From positions 30,349 to 94,348 of the forward strand of contig DATLDP010000078.1 in assembly GCA_035525825.1 (NCBI GenBank): a stretch of DNA of 64,000 nt, given 5' to 3'. This document shows, one piece after another, positions 45,288 through 54,905 of this stretch (its first letter is position 1; the number at the start of each line of letters is the position of its first letter). The stretch comes from Candidatus Limnocylindria bacterium. Its GTDB lineage: Bacteria > Chloroflexota > Limnocylindria > Limnocylindrales > CSP1-4. Under the pieces are notes generated by a model that searched no databases, was not told where the DNA came from, and saw only the letters and a program-made list of their open reading frames with translations. Position numbers and translations under genes: made by a program.

Positions 45288-47045
45288 TCAGCTGCCGTCG
45301 GCGAGCCGCCATGTTAGCACGTCCCAATAGCGGTCCCCGGGAGACCCGATCGAGCGTGATTCCGGGCCGACGACGGTGTCCCGGAACAGGACGTAGTCGT
45401 CCCGGAAGGCCAGCGGCAGGATGTACTGGCGGGCCGCGAGTCGCTCCTGGAGCGCCCCGTACGCGGCGTGGCGGGCTGCCTCGGCGACCGGTGAGCGGGC
45501 GGCGACGAGGAGGGCGTCGAGGTCGAGGTCCTGGAGCCCGATGACGTTCGAGCCGCCCGTGCGGGTCTGCGACGAGGCGAGCAGCGGATAGACATCAGGG
45601 TCCAGGCCGATCGCGAAGGGCAGGACCGCGACCTGGAACTCTCCGGTCGCCACCCGGTCCCCGAGGAGCTCGGACGCCGGCAGGGGCACCTGGCGGACGG
45701 CGAGCCCGAGCGCGTGCCACGACTCGACGATCGCGGCCGCCGTCGCGTATGCGACGGGATTCGCGAATTGCTCCGGGCTCAGCAGCTCGATGATGATCGG
45801 CTCCTTGGCGCCCTTCGGAGTCCAGCCGTCGTTGCCCTGCTTCCAGCCGGCGGCACGCAGCGCCCGTGAGGCCTCGGCGAGGTTGAACTCGACGGGTGCG
45901 CTCTTCGCGGCATCGAACATCGGCGACGTCGGCGGGATCAGCGAGTCCGCGCGCGTCCCCACGCCCGGGAGGGCCAGGCTGACGAGTGCGTCCCGATCGA
46001 TCGCCTCGAGCAGCGCGGTCCGAACAGCGGGGTCCTGGAACTCGGTGTGTCCGGCGCGGAGGTTGAGCGCCGTCGCCAGGAGGGTTGTGCCCGGATAGCG
46101 CACGAGCCGCGAGCCGGCGAGGGTCCGGAACCGGGCGACGTCTGCGGGTTGGATCCCCGAGACCGCATCGAGCTCCTCCGCCTGCCAGTCGGCGAGGAGC
46201 GCCCCGGCGTCGTCGTAGTAGCGCAGCTCGAACGTCGAGAGGTACGGGATGGCCACATCGGCCTTGGCGGTTGGGCGGGGGCTCGCGAGGGAGTCGGTGG
46301 GTCGCGGCGTGGAGAAGTTCGGGACGCCCGGGCCTTCGGCCGGTGGATCCACCGGGGTCGCCGCGGCCAGGAACGCCCGCGACGTATCGAGGAAGACCAG
46401 CCGGAACGGCCCAGAGCCAACGGGCTGCTGCCCGAATGGATCCGTGGCCAGCTCGTCCGGGGGCAGGAACTCGAGCAGGTGGGCCGGGGCGATCGGCTGG
46501 GTCGCCGCCTGGAGGAAGCCCCCGAGCGGCGTGCTGAGCTCGAGCACGACGGTCATCGGGTCGATCACGGAGGCCCGAACATCGCGCCACGATGCCGCGC
46601 CCGGACCGTCGTAGGTGGGGTCGCTCAGGACGCCGACGGTGAAGGCGACATCCCCGGCCGTGATCGGCTCGCCGTCCTGCCAGCGCTGATCCGGCCGGAG
46701 ATGGAACGTCCAGCGGCTGCCGGTCTCGTCGACCTCCCAGCTGGAGGCGAGGTCGGCGGTGATGGAGCTGTCCGGACCGAGGTGGACGAGGCCGCGGAAG
46801 AGGAGGGCAACCAGCCCTCGGTCGGCCGCAGACCTGGCGCCGAACGGACTCGCGTTGGTCGCTCGCCCGAGGACGCCCTCGACGTAGCCCCGGCCGTCTG
46901 GGGCGCCGCCGGTCGGCTCCGGCGTCTGGTCAGCGGAGTGGAGGGACGGCGCGAGGGCCGCGACCGAGAGGGCGATCAGCGCGACGCTGAGGATCGCGAC
47001 GAGCGCGCGGTCGCGCAGGGCCATGACCGGCTCGAAGCGAGGCAT
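45288..47045 (-). CDS. ABC transporter substrate-binding protein, family 5 (peptide/nickel, OppA/DppA-like), orphan
   Basis: 585 aa, signal peptide/TM at the N-terminus. SBP_bac_5 pattern ...WTFHLRPDQRWQDGEPITAGDVAFT.... No permease or ATPase genes adjacent. Confidence 0.8.
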   Translation of the reverse strand: MPRFEPVMALRDRALVAILSVALIALSVAALAPSLHSADQTPEPTGGAPDGRGYVEGVLGRATNASPFGARSAADRGLVALLFRGLVHLGPDSSITADLASSWEVDETGSRWTFHLRPDQRWQDGEPITAGDVAFTVGVLSDPTYDGPGAASWRDVRASVIDPMTVVLELSTPLGGFLQAATQPIAPAHLLEFLPPDELATDPFGQQPVGSGPFRLVFLDTSRAFLAAATPVDPPAEGPGVPNFSTPRPTDSLASPRPTAKADVAIPYLSTFELRYYDDAGALLADWQAEELDAVSGIQPADVARFRTLAGSRLVRYPGTTLLATALNLRAGHTEFQDPAVRTALLEAIDRDALVSLALPGVGTRADSLIPPTSPMFDAAKSAPVEFNLAEASRALRAAGWKQGNDGWTPKGAKEPIIIELLSPEQFANPVAYATAAAIVESWHALGLAVRQVPLPASELLGDRVATGEFQVAVLPFAIGLDPDVYPLLASSQTRTGGSNVIGLQDLDLDALLVAARSPVAEAARHAAYGALQERLAARQYILPLAFRDDYVLFRDTVVGPESRSIGSPGDRYWDVLTWRLADGS

Positions 47046-47069
47046 GCGCGAATCCGGGCAGCGCCCGGG

Positions 47070-47306
47070 TCAGGAGGCCGGCTGGGACGGCGAGAGGACG
47101 AACGCGGCCAGGGAGAACAACGTGAACAGCACGATCAGCGCGATCGTGAACTGCCAGAGCCGGCGCTCGATGCCCCGGCGGCTGCGATAGACCGCGGAGT
47201 CGCCGCCGAACGTGCCGCCGAGGCCCGATCCCCGGGACTGCAGCAGGACGGCGAACGTGAGCGCGATGCTGACGATGAGCTGGCCGATGGCCAGGACGGG
47301 ATTCAC
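47070..47306 (-). CDS. secG: Preprotein translocase subunit SecG
   Basis: VNPVLAIGQLIVSIALTFAVLLQSRGSGLGGTFGG...YRSRRGIERRLWQFTIALIVLF. GTG start with a GGAGG SD. tpiA-gpmI-secG context. Confidence 0.8.
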   Translation of the reverse strand: MNPVLAIGQLIVSIALTFAVLLQSRGSGLGGTFGGDSAVYRSRRGIERRLWQFTIALIVLFTLFSLAAFVLSPSQPAS

Positions 47307-47349
47307 GGGTGAAGAACCTCCTCGATTGCCCGCGGGATGGTAGCAGGCA

Positions 47350-48915
47350 TCAGCCGCGGAGCAGCGACCGGCCGGTGATCCCGGCCCAGCCCGGAAGCCC
47401 CGCAAGCTCGAGGATGGTGGGAGCGACATCGGCCAGGACGCCGTCGGCGAGGTGGCGCCCGTCGACCGTCTCGCCGGCGATGAGGATCGGGACGGGGTTC
47501 AGGGAATGGGCGGTGATCGGGTCGCCGTCCGTGGTCCGCAGCGCGTCGGCATTCCCGTGGTCCGCGGTGATGACGAGGAGGCCGCCGCCCGCCTCCAGCG
47601 GCGTGAGGGCCGCGACGATGCGGGCGAGCGCGGCGTCAACCGCCTCGACGGCCATGACCGTGGCGTCCCATACGCCCGTGTGTCCGACCATGTCGGGGTT
47701 CGCGAGGTTGCCGATCACGACGTCGTACTCGGCGGACGCGATGCCGGCGATCAGCGCGTCCGTGACCCCGGCCGCGCTCATCTCCGGCTGGAGGTCGTAG
47801 GTCGCCGCCTTCGGGCTCGGGACGAGGACGCGGTCCTCGCCCTCGAACGGGGCTTCGCGGCCGCCGTTGAGGAAGTACGTGACGTGGGCGTACTTCTCCG
47901 TCTCCGCGGCGTGGAGCTGGCGCCAGCCGGCCCGCTCGAAGGCACCGGCGAGGCACGGGACCACCTCCGGCGGGAACGCGACCGCGACCGGCAGATCGGC
48001 CTCATAGGCCGTCATCGTCACGACGAGGAGGCTGCTCGGAGCAGGCCGGCCGCTCGGCGACGAGCGGTCGAAGGCGTCGAATGCAACGTCGGCCAGAGCG
48101 TGGGTGAGCTGGCGGGCGCGGTCGGCACGGAAGCTCGCATGGACGATCGCGTCGCCATCGCAGACGCGGCCGTCGACACCATCGATCACGGTTGGCATGA
48201 CGAACTCGTCGGTCTCGCCGCGCGCGTACGCGGCCTCGATCGCAGCGCTCGCCGACGCCGCGTGCATCCCTTCGCCGTGGAGGATCGCGTCGTAGCCGAG
48301 CTCGATCCGCTCCCAGCGCTGGTCCCGGTCCATCGCGAAGTACCGGCCGCCGACCGTCGCGATTCGCGCGTCGGGGTGAGCGGCGCGGAGGCGCGGCTCC
48401 AGGTCCGCGACGAAGCCCAGGGCGGAGGATGGCGGGGTATCCCGGCCGTCCAGCAGGGCGTGGACGCGCACGCTCGGCACGCCGCGCCTGGCGGCCAGCT
48501 CCGCGAGGACAACGAGGTGGCGGTCGTTGGCGTGGACGCCGCCCGGCCCGATGAGGCTCACGACGTGCAGCGCCCCGCTCCCCCGCTCCGTTGCGCGTGC
48601 ACAGGCCGCCACCAGCGCGGGCCGCTCGAAGAACGACCCGTCGGCGATGGCCGCATCGATCCGCGGCAGGTCCTGGAGCACCGGCCGTCCCGCCCCGATG
48701 TTGAGGTGGCCCACCTCGGAGTTGCCCATCTGGCCGTCTGGCAGGCCCACGGCCTCCGCGGAGGCCTCCAGCCGAGCGTGCGGCCAGCGCTCCCGCAACG
48801 CGTCCCATGTGGGCGTCCGGGCGGCGAGGATGGCATCCCCGGCCGGATCACGGCCGATCCCGAACCCGTCGATGACGATGAGGACGATTGGGCGCGGACG
48901 GGTTCCGGGCGTCAC
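47350..48915 (-). CDS. gpmI: 2,3-bisphosphoglycerate-independent phosphoglycerate mutase
   Basis: iPGM motifs (VIDGFG, GNSEVGHLNIGAG, ITADHGN). GTG start at 48915 (GTGA overlap with the tpiA stop). Confidence 0.85.
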   Translation of the reverse strand: MTPGTRPRPIVLIVIDGFGIGRDPAGDAILAARTPTWDALRERWPHARLEASAEAVGLPDGQMGNSEVGHLNIGAGRPVLQDLPRIDAAIADGSFFERPALVAACARATERGSGALHVVSLIGPGGVHANDRHLVVLAELAARRGVPSVRVHALLDGRDTPPSSALGFVADLEPRLRAAHPDARIATVGGRYFAMDRDQRWERIELGYDAILHGEGMHAASASAAIEAAYARGETDEFVMPTVIDGVDGRVCDGDAIVHASFRADRARQLTHALADVAFDAFDRSSPSGRPAPSSLLVVTMTAYEADLPVAVAFPPEVVPCLAGAFERAGWRQLHAAETEKYAHVTYFLNGGREAPFEGEDRVLVPSPKAATYDLQPEMSAAGVTDALIAGIASAEYDVVIGNLANPDMVGHTGVWDATVMAVEAVDAALARIVAALTPLEAGGGLLVITADHGNADALRTTDGDPITAHSLNPVPILIAGETVDGRHLADGVLADVAPTILELAGLPGWAGITGRSLLRG

Positions 48916-49760
48916 CGTTCCGCGAGGCCGCGGGCGGCCGCGGTCAGCCCCGCGCGAGCCACGATCGCGGCCATCTCGTCGGGTTTCAGGGATGCGCCGC
49001 CCACGAGTGCTCCGTCGATCGCGGGCTCGGTCATGAACTCGTCGATCGTGGAGCTCGTGACGCTGCCGCCGTAAAGCACCGGGATGTCCTCGCCGCGGCG
49101 CTCGAAACCAAGCCCGGCGAGGGTCGCGCGGATCGCGGCGGCCATCTCGGCAGCATCGCCGCCGCGGGCGTTCCGTCCGGTGCCGATGGCCCAGACGGGC
49201 TCGTAGGCGATGGCGAAGGTCGGAATGTCGGCGGGTCTGTCGCCGCCTGTTGCAAAGTCGCCAGGATCCGCGCTCGCCAGCGAGCCACGGAGCTGGGCGT
49301 CCACGACCTCGATCGCCCGCCCCAAATCGCGGTCCGCGAGCTGCTCGCCGACGCACAGGATGGCGTTGAGGCCCGCAGCCAGCGCCGCGGCGAGCTTGCG
49401 CCCGATCAGCTCATCCGTCTCACCGGCGTCGCGGCGGCGCTCCGAATGCCCGACGATCGCCCAGGTTGCGAGGCCGGCGAGCATCGGCGCGGAGACGTTG
49501 CCCGTGTACGCCCCGAACGGCTCGGGATGGACGTCCTGCGCGCCGATCGCAGTCCCCGATCCGTCGGGAGCCTGGAGGTCAGCCGACTCGAGCGCGTCGC
49601 GGACCGCGGCGAGGCACACGAACGGCGGGCAGAGGACGCGGGTCACGCCGGAGACGCGGGTCCGGCTCGCGATCGTCCGCGCCAGGTCGCCGGCGTCGGC
49701 CGGGGTGGTATGCATCTTCCAGTTGCCCGCAACGATCACCGGCCGCATCGCGTGAATCAT
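48912..49760 (-). CDS. tpiA: Triosephosphate isomerase
   Basis: MRPVIVAGNWKMH...IAYEPVWAIGTG...YGGSV, TIM signature. ATGA overlap with the whiA stop. Confidence 0.9.
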   Translation of the reverse strand: MIHAMRPVIVAGNWKMHTTPADAGDLARTIASRTRVSGVTRVLCPPFVCLAAVRDALESADLQAPDGSGTAIGAQDVHPEPFGAYTGNVSAPMLAGLATWAIVGHSERRRDAGETDELIGRKLAAALAAGLNAILCVGEQLADRDLGRAIEVVDAQLRGSLASADPGDFATGGDRPADIPTFAIAYEPVWAIGTGRNARGGDAAEMAAAIRATLAGLGFERRGEDIPVLYGGSVTSSTIDEFMTEPAIDGALVGGASLKPDEMAAIVARAGLTAAARGLAER

Positions 49761-50521
49761 GCCAGTGCGAGCCGCTCGATCCGGTCCAGGGCCCGCTGGA
49801 CGGTGGATCGATGGATCTCGAGGCGCTCTGCCAGCTCCGTGATGGTCGCCTCGGGCGTTTCCCGGCGGGCCGCGGCGACGATCCGGACCACCTGCGATTC
49901 CTCGGCGAGCCGGCCGTCCGCATCGAGCGAGGCGATGGCATCGAGCTGGCGTCCGGCCGCGGCGACGGTCCGGATGAGGTTGGCGGACTCGGCGTTGATC
50001 ACCCGATTGAGATCGCCTCGCAGCGTCCGCGCCACCTGCCGGACCTCCAGCTCCAGCAGGCTGGCGCCGGCGCCGATCCGGCGCAGGAAGAGGTGCACGG
50101 TCTCGGCGCTCTTCCAGGTCACGACGCCGCGGCCGCGGCGGATTCGCCAGCTCGGCGGCATCCCCAGCTCCGCCAGGCGAGCCGCGAGGACCGTCGCCTG
50201 CTCCGGCGGGACGACGAACTCGAGGTGGGTCTGGCCGTTGGTCAGGCTCAGCGATCCCCGGGAAAGGAACTGGCCGCGCAGCCAGGCGAGGCGGCAGTGC
50301 TCCCGCCGGACCGGCCAGTCAAAGGCTTCGGGCGTCGCCGCGTCAGTGGGACGTTCCCGCCGCGCAAGCCGCACCCCGAGGCGGGCGAGCGTCGCATCGC
50401 GCCAGCGTGTGGGCCCCTCGAGACCCGCCCGCTCGGCCTCGCGATCGCACTCCCGGGATGGATCGATCCCCGCGAGCTCCGCCCGCAGCGCGACGACCAG
50501 GTCGCGATCGCTCCCCGCCAC
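49757..50521 (-). CDS. whiA: Probable cell division/sporulation regulator WhiA (short form, about 254 aa)
   Basis: DLVVALRAELAGIDPSRECDREAERAGL (WhiA N-terminus), HCRLAWLRGQFLSRGSLS, C-terminal HTH ...ITELAERLEIHRSTVQRALDRIERL. GTG start verified in frame at 50521. Confidence 0.7.
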   Translation of the reverse strand: MAGSDRDLVVALRAELAGIDPSRECDREAERAGLEGPTRWRDATLARLGVRLARRERPTDAATPEAFDWPVRREHCRLAWLRGQFLSRGSLSLTNGQTHLEFVVPPEQATVLAARLAELGMPPSWRIRRGRGVVTWKSAETVHLFLRRIGAGASLLELEVRQVARTLRGDLNRVINAESANLIRTVAAAGRQLDAIASLDADGRLAEESQVVRIVAAARRETPEATITELAERLEIHRSTVQRALDRIERLALA

Positions 50522-50522
50522 G

Positions 50523-51857
50523 TCAGGCCGACCGCGCCGTCCGTTCCCGCCGGACCGCCGGACCCTCCCGCTCGTAGGCCCGGAGGATCGCCGCCGCCAG
50601 GCGGGCGGGATCGTGGTGGTGGGGATCCTCCATGCTCGCCACGGCATCGGTCGCCAGGTGCGGAACCGGGTCGACGGCGGGCGGCCAGCGCGGCTCGACC
50701 GCATCGATCGGCGGCGCGACCTCCTCACCATCGAACCGGTCGTTCGCGAGCACGAGGTCGACGAGGTCCGGCTGGGTGTGGGCCAGCAGTGCCTCCACGT
50801 GGTCCGCGAGGTCGAAGCCCTCCGTCTCGCCGACCTGCGTTGCCACGTTGCAGGCGTACACCCGAACGCCCGGCGCCGCCGCGACGGCCTCCCGGATCTG
50901 GGGGATGAGCAGGACCGGCAGCACGCTCGTGAAGAGGCTCCCCGGGCCCAGGACCACGATCTCTGCCTCCGCGATGGCGGCCAGCGCGTCGTCCGATGCG
51001 CGAACGTCCTCGGGCTGGATCCAGACGCGCTCGATGCCGGCGGTCCGCATGATCGTCGACTGGCCGTGGACGGTGAGGCCGTCGCGGGTGCGAGCGTGGA
51101 GCGTGATGGGGGTCCCGGACGCGGGCAACACATTGCCGCGGACCGCGAGGACGCGGTTCATCCGGCGGACGCCCTCCTCGAAATCTCCCCCCTCCAGTGC
51201 GGTCATCGCGGCCAGCAGCAGATTGCCGACGGCGTGGCCCCCGACGCTGCCGGGCGTCGTCTCGACGAGCCCATCGGTCCCGCGGGAGGCACCGGGGAAT
51301 CGATAGCCCAGGAGCTCGCTCATGAGCGGCTCCGCGTCCGCCAGCGCCGCCACGCAGGCCCGGATGTCGCCGACCGGCGGGATCCCGAGCTCCTCCCGAA
51401 GCGCGCCGGACGATCCGCCGTCGTCAGCCACGGTCACGATGGCCGTCAGGTGGCTGGTGTGCTCCTTCAGGCCACGCAACAGGGTCGAGAGGCCGGTCCC
51501 GCCGCCGATCGCCACGATCCGCGGCCCGCGGGCGAGGAGTCGTTTCTGGTAGATCACGTCGGCGAGCGGCGTTTCCTCGTCGAGGCGGAGGGGCCGAGTC
51601 AGGGCATCCGCGAGCCGCCACGCTCCGATGACGACCAGCGCCACCCCGAGCCCGCCGACCACGATGCCTCGCAACGCGAACGGCAGGAACTGCAGGCTGA
51701 CGAGGTCGACCAGGGCCCTTGCGGCCCCGCCCAGCTGGAGGTCATTGACCTCCTGCCGAATGACGTGGGCCCCGCCGAGCGCCAGCAACAGCATCCCAAG
51801 GAACGCCAGCAGCACCCAGCGCTTCACGCCCATCCCGGGCTTGAGCCAGCGTCTCAT
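50523..51857 (-). CDS. YvcK/CofD-like gluconeogenesis factor (UPF0052) with an N-terminal extension of about 100 aa predicted to contain two TM helices
   Basis: Core RIVAIGGGTGLSTLLRGLK... is YvcK-like. The N-terminus carries hydrophobic segments WVLLAFLGMLLLALGGAHVI and LRGIVVGGLGVALVVIGAWRLA. rapZ-yvcK-whiA synteny. Confidence 0.8.
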   Translation of the reverse strand: MRRWLKPGMGVKRWVLLAFLGMLLLALGGAHVIRQEVNDLQLGGAARALVDLVSLQFLPFALRGIVVGGLGVALVVIGAWRLADALTRPLRLDEETPLADVIYQKRLLARGPRIVAIGGGTGLSTLLRGLKEHTSHLTAIVTVADDGGSSGALREELGIPPVGDIRACVAALADAEPLMSELLGYRFPGASRGTDGLVETTPGSVGGHAVGNLLLAAMTALEGGDFEEGVRRMNRVLAVRGNVLPASGTPITLHARTRDGLTVHGQSTIMRTAGIERVWIQPEDVRASDDALAAIAEAEIVVLGPGSLFTSVLPVLLIPQIREAVAAAPGVRVYACNVATQVGETEGFDLADHVEALLAHTQPDLVDLVLANDRFDGEEVAPPIDAVEPRWPPAVDPVPHLATDAVASMEDPHHHDPARLAAAILRAYEREGPAVRRERTARSA

Positions 51858-51921
51858 CGCGGTTCCACGCTCTCAGTGGCGTCCGTGGTGACCGCGGCGT
51901 GATTCGTGGAGGCGCCTCGGG

Positions 51922-52848
51922 TCATGCCCGCTCGAGCTCGCGGTGGAAGACCGCGACCGGCGAGTGGCCGCTCGCCCGCAGGCGCCGCGCGAGCTCCTCG
52001 GCGACGACGATGGAGCGGTGGCGCCCTCCGGTGCACCCGATCCCGATCGTGAGCCGGCTCTTGCCTTCCGCGCCGAACAGCGGGATCGAGAATTCGAGCA
52101 ACCCGCTGATCCGGTCGAGGTATTCCCCTGCCCCGGGCTGGGCGAGCACGAAGTCGCGGACCTGCTGGGTCAGGCCGGAATTCTCCCGCAGCTCCGGGAC
52201 GTAGTACGGGTTCTGGATGAAGCGGGTGTCGAAGACGAGGTCGGCTTCGAGCGGGATCCCGAACTTGAAGCCGAAGCTGATGAGCTGGATCGTCATCGTG
52301 TCCGGCTGGATGTCGCCGAGGCGCGCGAACAGGCGCTCCCGAAGGTCGCGCAGCGGCAGGTCCGTCGTATCGAGCACGACGTCGGCCTCCGCGCGAATGG
52401 GGTCCAGGAGGCGGCGCTCCAGCGCGATCGCGGCCTGGGTGCTCCGCCCGGTGGCCAGCGGGTGGCGATGGCGCGTCTCGGAGAAGCGTCGGATCAGGGC
52501 TTCGTCGCTGGCCTCGAGGAAGAACACCTGTGGCCGGATGCCGCGTCCTTCGAGGGCCCCGCGCATCGCCCGGTACGCCGTCTCCGGGTCGCCGGCGCGG
52601 ACGTCGAGGACGATCGCGACCCGGGCGAAGCGCCGTGGATCGCTGGCGACGAGCTCGGCCATGTTCGGGAGCAGCTCGCCGGGCAGGTTGTCGACGACGA
52701 TGTAGGCGAGATCCTCGAAGAGCTTGGCCGCCGAGGTCTTGCCGCCGCCCGACAGCCCGCTCACCACCACGACGTTGGGCCCGAGGTCGTCCGCCGGACC
52801 GGTCTCGCCGGCTCCGGCTGCAACGGGGGCCGCGGGCTCGTCTGCCAT
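51922..52848 (-). CDS. rapZ: RNase adapter protein RapZ (YvcJ, P-loop ATPase)
   Basis: VVVVSGLSGGGKTSAAKLFEDLAYIVVDNLP and C-terminal GCTGGRHRSIVVAEEL are RapZ signatures. ATG at 52848 verified. Confidence 0.8.
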   Translation of the reverse strand: MADEPAAPVAAGAGETGPADDLGPNVVVVSGLSGGGKTSAAKLFEDLAYIVVDNLPGELLPNMAELVASDPRRFARVAIVLDVRAGDPETAYRAMRGALEGRGIRPQVFFLEASDEALIRRFSETRHRHPLATGRSTQAAIALERRLLDPIRAEADVVLDTTDLPLRDLRERLFARLGDIQPDTMTIQLISFGFKFGIPLEADLVFDTRFIQNPYYVPELRENSGLTQQVRDFVLAQPGAGEYLDRISGLLEFSIPLFGAEGKSRLTIGIGCTGGRHRSIVVAEELARRLRASGHSPVAVFHRELERA

Positions 52849-52867
52849 CAGCGGAAGGATAGGTCGG

Positions 52868-53593
52868 CTATCGGCCGGTCCGCCGGATGAACCAGGTGGT
52901 GCCCTCGAAGAGCAGGTAGAGCGTGACACCCAGCACGAACGGGCTCACGAGGTCACCGCCGGGCGTCGCGACCGCGGAGAAGATTGCGATCACGAGCACG
53001 ACCATGCGACGGGACCTGCGGAGGCGCTCCGAGGTGACGATCCCCACCCGCGACAGGCCGACGAGCAGGATCGGGAACTCCATCAGCAGCCCGAAGGCGA
53101 GAAACAGCGTCGAGAGGAAGTCGAAGTAGCTCCGAAGGTTGATCGTCCGGTTGACGCCCGGCGGCACGAAGCTCAGGAGGAATGTCGCGGCGTAGGGCAG
53201 GATCACGTAGGCGATTGCGACACCGAGGGCGAAGAACAGCAGGGCCGCCGGGATCCACGGCAGGACCGCCCGGCGCTCGCTGGCGGTGAGGCCCGGGGCG
53301 ATGAACCGCCACACGTGGAACAGCAGGACAGGCATCGCCAGGATCACGCCGACCACGAACGCGATCTGGAGGCGGATCGCGAAGCCGTCGCCGAGCTCGA
53401 TCTGGATCAGCGCCACGCCGGGTGGCAGCAGGCTCTGGAGCATGCTGATCAAGGCCTCGCCGAAGGCGAATCCGATGGAGCCGCCGAGGGCGATGGCGAT
53501 GATCGACCAGACGAGGCGGTCGCGGAGCTCCGCGAGGTGCCCGGTCAGGGGCATGGTCCCGGTCGGCTGGGCGGGGGGATCGATGACCGTCAT
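52868..53593 (-). CDS. tatC: Twin-arginine translocase subunit TatC
   Basis: 241 aa, 6-TM TatC pattern (...HLAELRDRL...). Confidence 0.85.
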   Translation of the reverse strand: MTVIDPPAQPTGTMPLTGHLAELRDRLVWSIIAIALGGSIGFAFGEALISMLQSLLPPGVALIQIELGDGFAIRLQIAFVVGVILAMPVLLFHVWRFIAPGLTASERRAVLPWIPAALLFFALGVAIAYVILPYAATFLLSFVPPGVNRTINLRSYFDFLSTLFLAFGLLMEFPILLVGLSRVGIVTSERLRRSRRMVVLVIAIFSAVATPGGDLVSPFVLGVTLYLLFEGTTWFIRRTGR

Positions 53594-53644
53594 AGCTCGA
53601 GGCAGATCAGGCGACGCGAGGCGCGGCGGTGCCGCGGTGCCCGG

Positions 53645-53959
53645 CTAGGACGCGTTCGGATCGCGACTGGACCCGTCCCCCGCCGGCGCGTCGACGGGCG
53701 CAGCCGGCGCGGCAGTCACCGGAGCTGCGGCGGGCGCGGGGCCACTCTCTCCAGCGGCGACCACCGGCGCGGCAGGCGCTGCGGCAGACGGCGGGGCGTC
53801 GAGCTTGCCTGCCTCGGTGACATCGGTCGCGGCCTTGCGGAACTCGCGAACGCTCTTGCCGAGCGACTGGGCGACGTCCGGGAGCTTGCCGGGGCCGAGC
53901 ACGACGAGCCCGATGATGAGGATCAGGATGAGCTCGCCGGGGCCGATGTTGAACGGCAT
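53645..53959 (-). CDS. tatA: Twin-arginine translocase subunit TatA/E
   Basis: MPFNIGPGELILILIIGLVVLGPGKLP..., TatA signature. ATG at 53959 verified. Confidence 0.8.
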   Translation of the reverse strand: MPFNIGPGELILILIIGLVVLGPGKLPDVAQSLGKSVREFRKAATDVTEAGKLDAPPSAAAPAAPVVAAGESGPAPAAAPVTAAPAAPVDAPAGDGSSRDPNAS

Positions 53960-54005
53960 CAAAGGTCCTTCTGGGCCGGTCGTCGGACCGGCGGGATCGG
54001 GCGGC

Positions 54006-54905
54006 TCACGGTAGCACAGGAAGCCTGGCGGACCAGCTTCGCGCAGCCTCCGCGAGGCGCTCCACGGGATCAGCCGAGGAGCCGTTGGCCGGCCCGTCAC
54101 CGGGCTCCGTGGTGGCCCGGGCGATGCCCCTGGAGACGTTGACGAGGAGGCCTCCGCCGGGACGTCCACCCGCGGGCGCCTCCGTCGCGGGCCCGAACGC
54201 GAGGACCGGCTCCGCTGCGCCGCCCTGCGCGCCGACGCCGGGAACGAGGAAGGCGAGCCCGGGCGCGAGGGCCCTGGCAACCCGAAGCTCCTGCGGTGCC
54301 GTGGCGCCGACGACCAGCCCCGCGGTCCCCCCCGGGCCCCAACCAGACACGAGGCGGGCGACACGCGCCCACAGCGGCTCGTCCGGCGCTGCCATGTTGC
54401 CGGCGTCGTCCCAGTGCGGCCGGACTCCGAGGTCCTCGAGATCGGCGGCGCCGGGGTTGGAGGTGCGGCACAGGACGTAGGCGAAGCGATCCGGCCGCTC
54501 GAGGTAGCCCGCGATGGCGTCCTCACCCAGGTAGGGGCTCACGGTGACCGCGTCGACGCCGAGGCCGTCAAAGTACGCGACGACCTGTCGCGCCGAGGTG
54601 GAATCGATGTCCGCGCGCTTGCCGTCCGCGATCACCGGCACGTCCGCGGGAATTCGCGCCCGGATGCGCTCGAGCGCCGCGACGCCGGCGGACCCGAACG
54701 CTTCGAAGAAGGACAGGTTGGGCTTCACCGCCGCCGCATACGGCAGCGCAGCCTCGAGCAGCAGCTCGGCGAACGCCTCGATGCCGTGGACGTCGGGCGA
54801 GAACCCGGGCGGCAGCGCCGCCGGGTCCGGATCGATCCCCAGGCACATCACCGACCCGACGGCGGCGCTCCGGGCGGCGAGGCGCTCGAGATACGTGCCG
54901 TTCAC
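54006..54905 (-). CDS. pyrF: Orotidine 5'-phosphate decarboxylase, type 2 (long form)
   Basis: VMCLGIDPDP...AAVKPNLSFFEAFG...VIADGKRADI. GTG start at 54905 (GTGA overlap with the upstream stop). Confidence 0.8.
   Translation of the reverse strand: MNGTYLERLAARSAAVGSVMCLGIDPDPAALPPGFSPDVHGIEAFAELLLEAALPYAAAVKPNLSFFEAFGSAGVAALERIRARIPADVPVIADGKRADIDSTSARQVVAYFDGLGVDAVTVSPYLGEDAIAGYLERPDRFAYVLCRTSNPGAADLEDLGVRPHWDDAGNMAAPDEPLWARVARLVSGWGPGGTAGLVVGATAPQELRVARALAPGLAFLVPGVGAQGGAAEPVLAFGPATEAPAGGRPGGGLLVNVSRGIARATTEPGDGPANGSSADPVERLAEAARSWSARLPVLP

Noticed and set aside
37400-45300. Integrated prophage or integrative element at the tRNA cluster
   Set aside because: No integrase, recombinase, transposase, phage structural or conjugation genes were found. 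Only the mosaic gene content suggests past insertions, so it is reported as a hotspot rather than a mobile element.
48888-51902. 1004-aa plus-strand ORF and other 400-800-aa plus-strand ORFs across 46-58 kb
   Set aside because: Antisense to well-supported minus-strand genes (tpiA, whiA, yvcK, rapZ, recJ and others) with compositionally biased translations, so they are artefacts.
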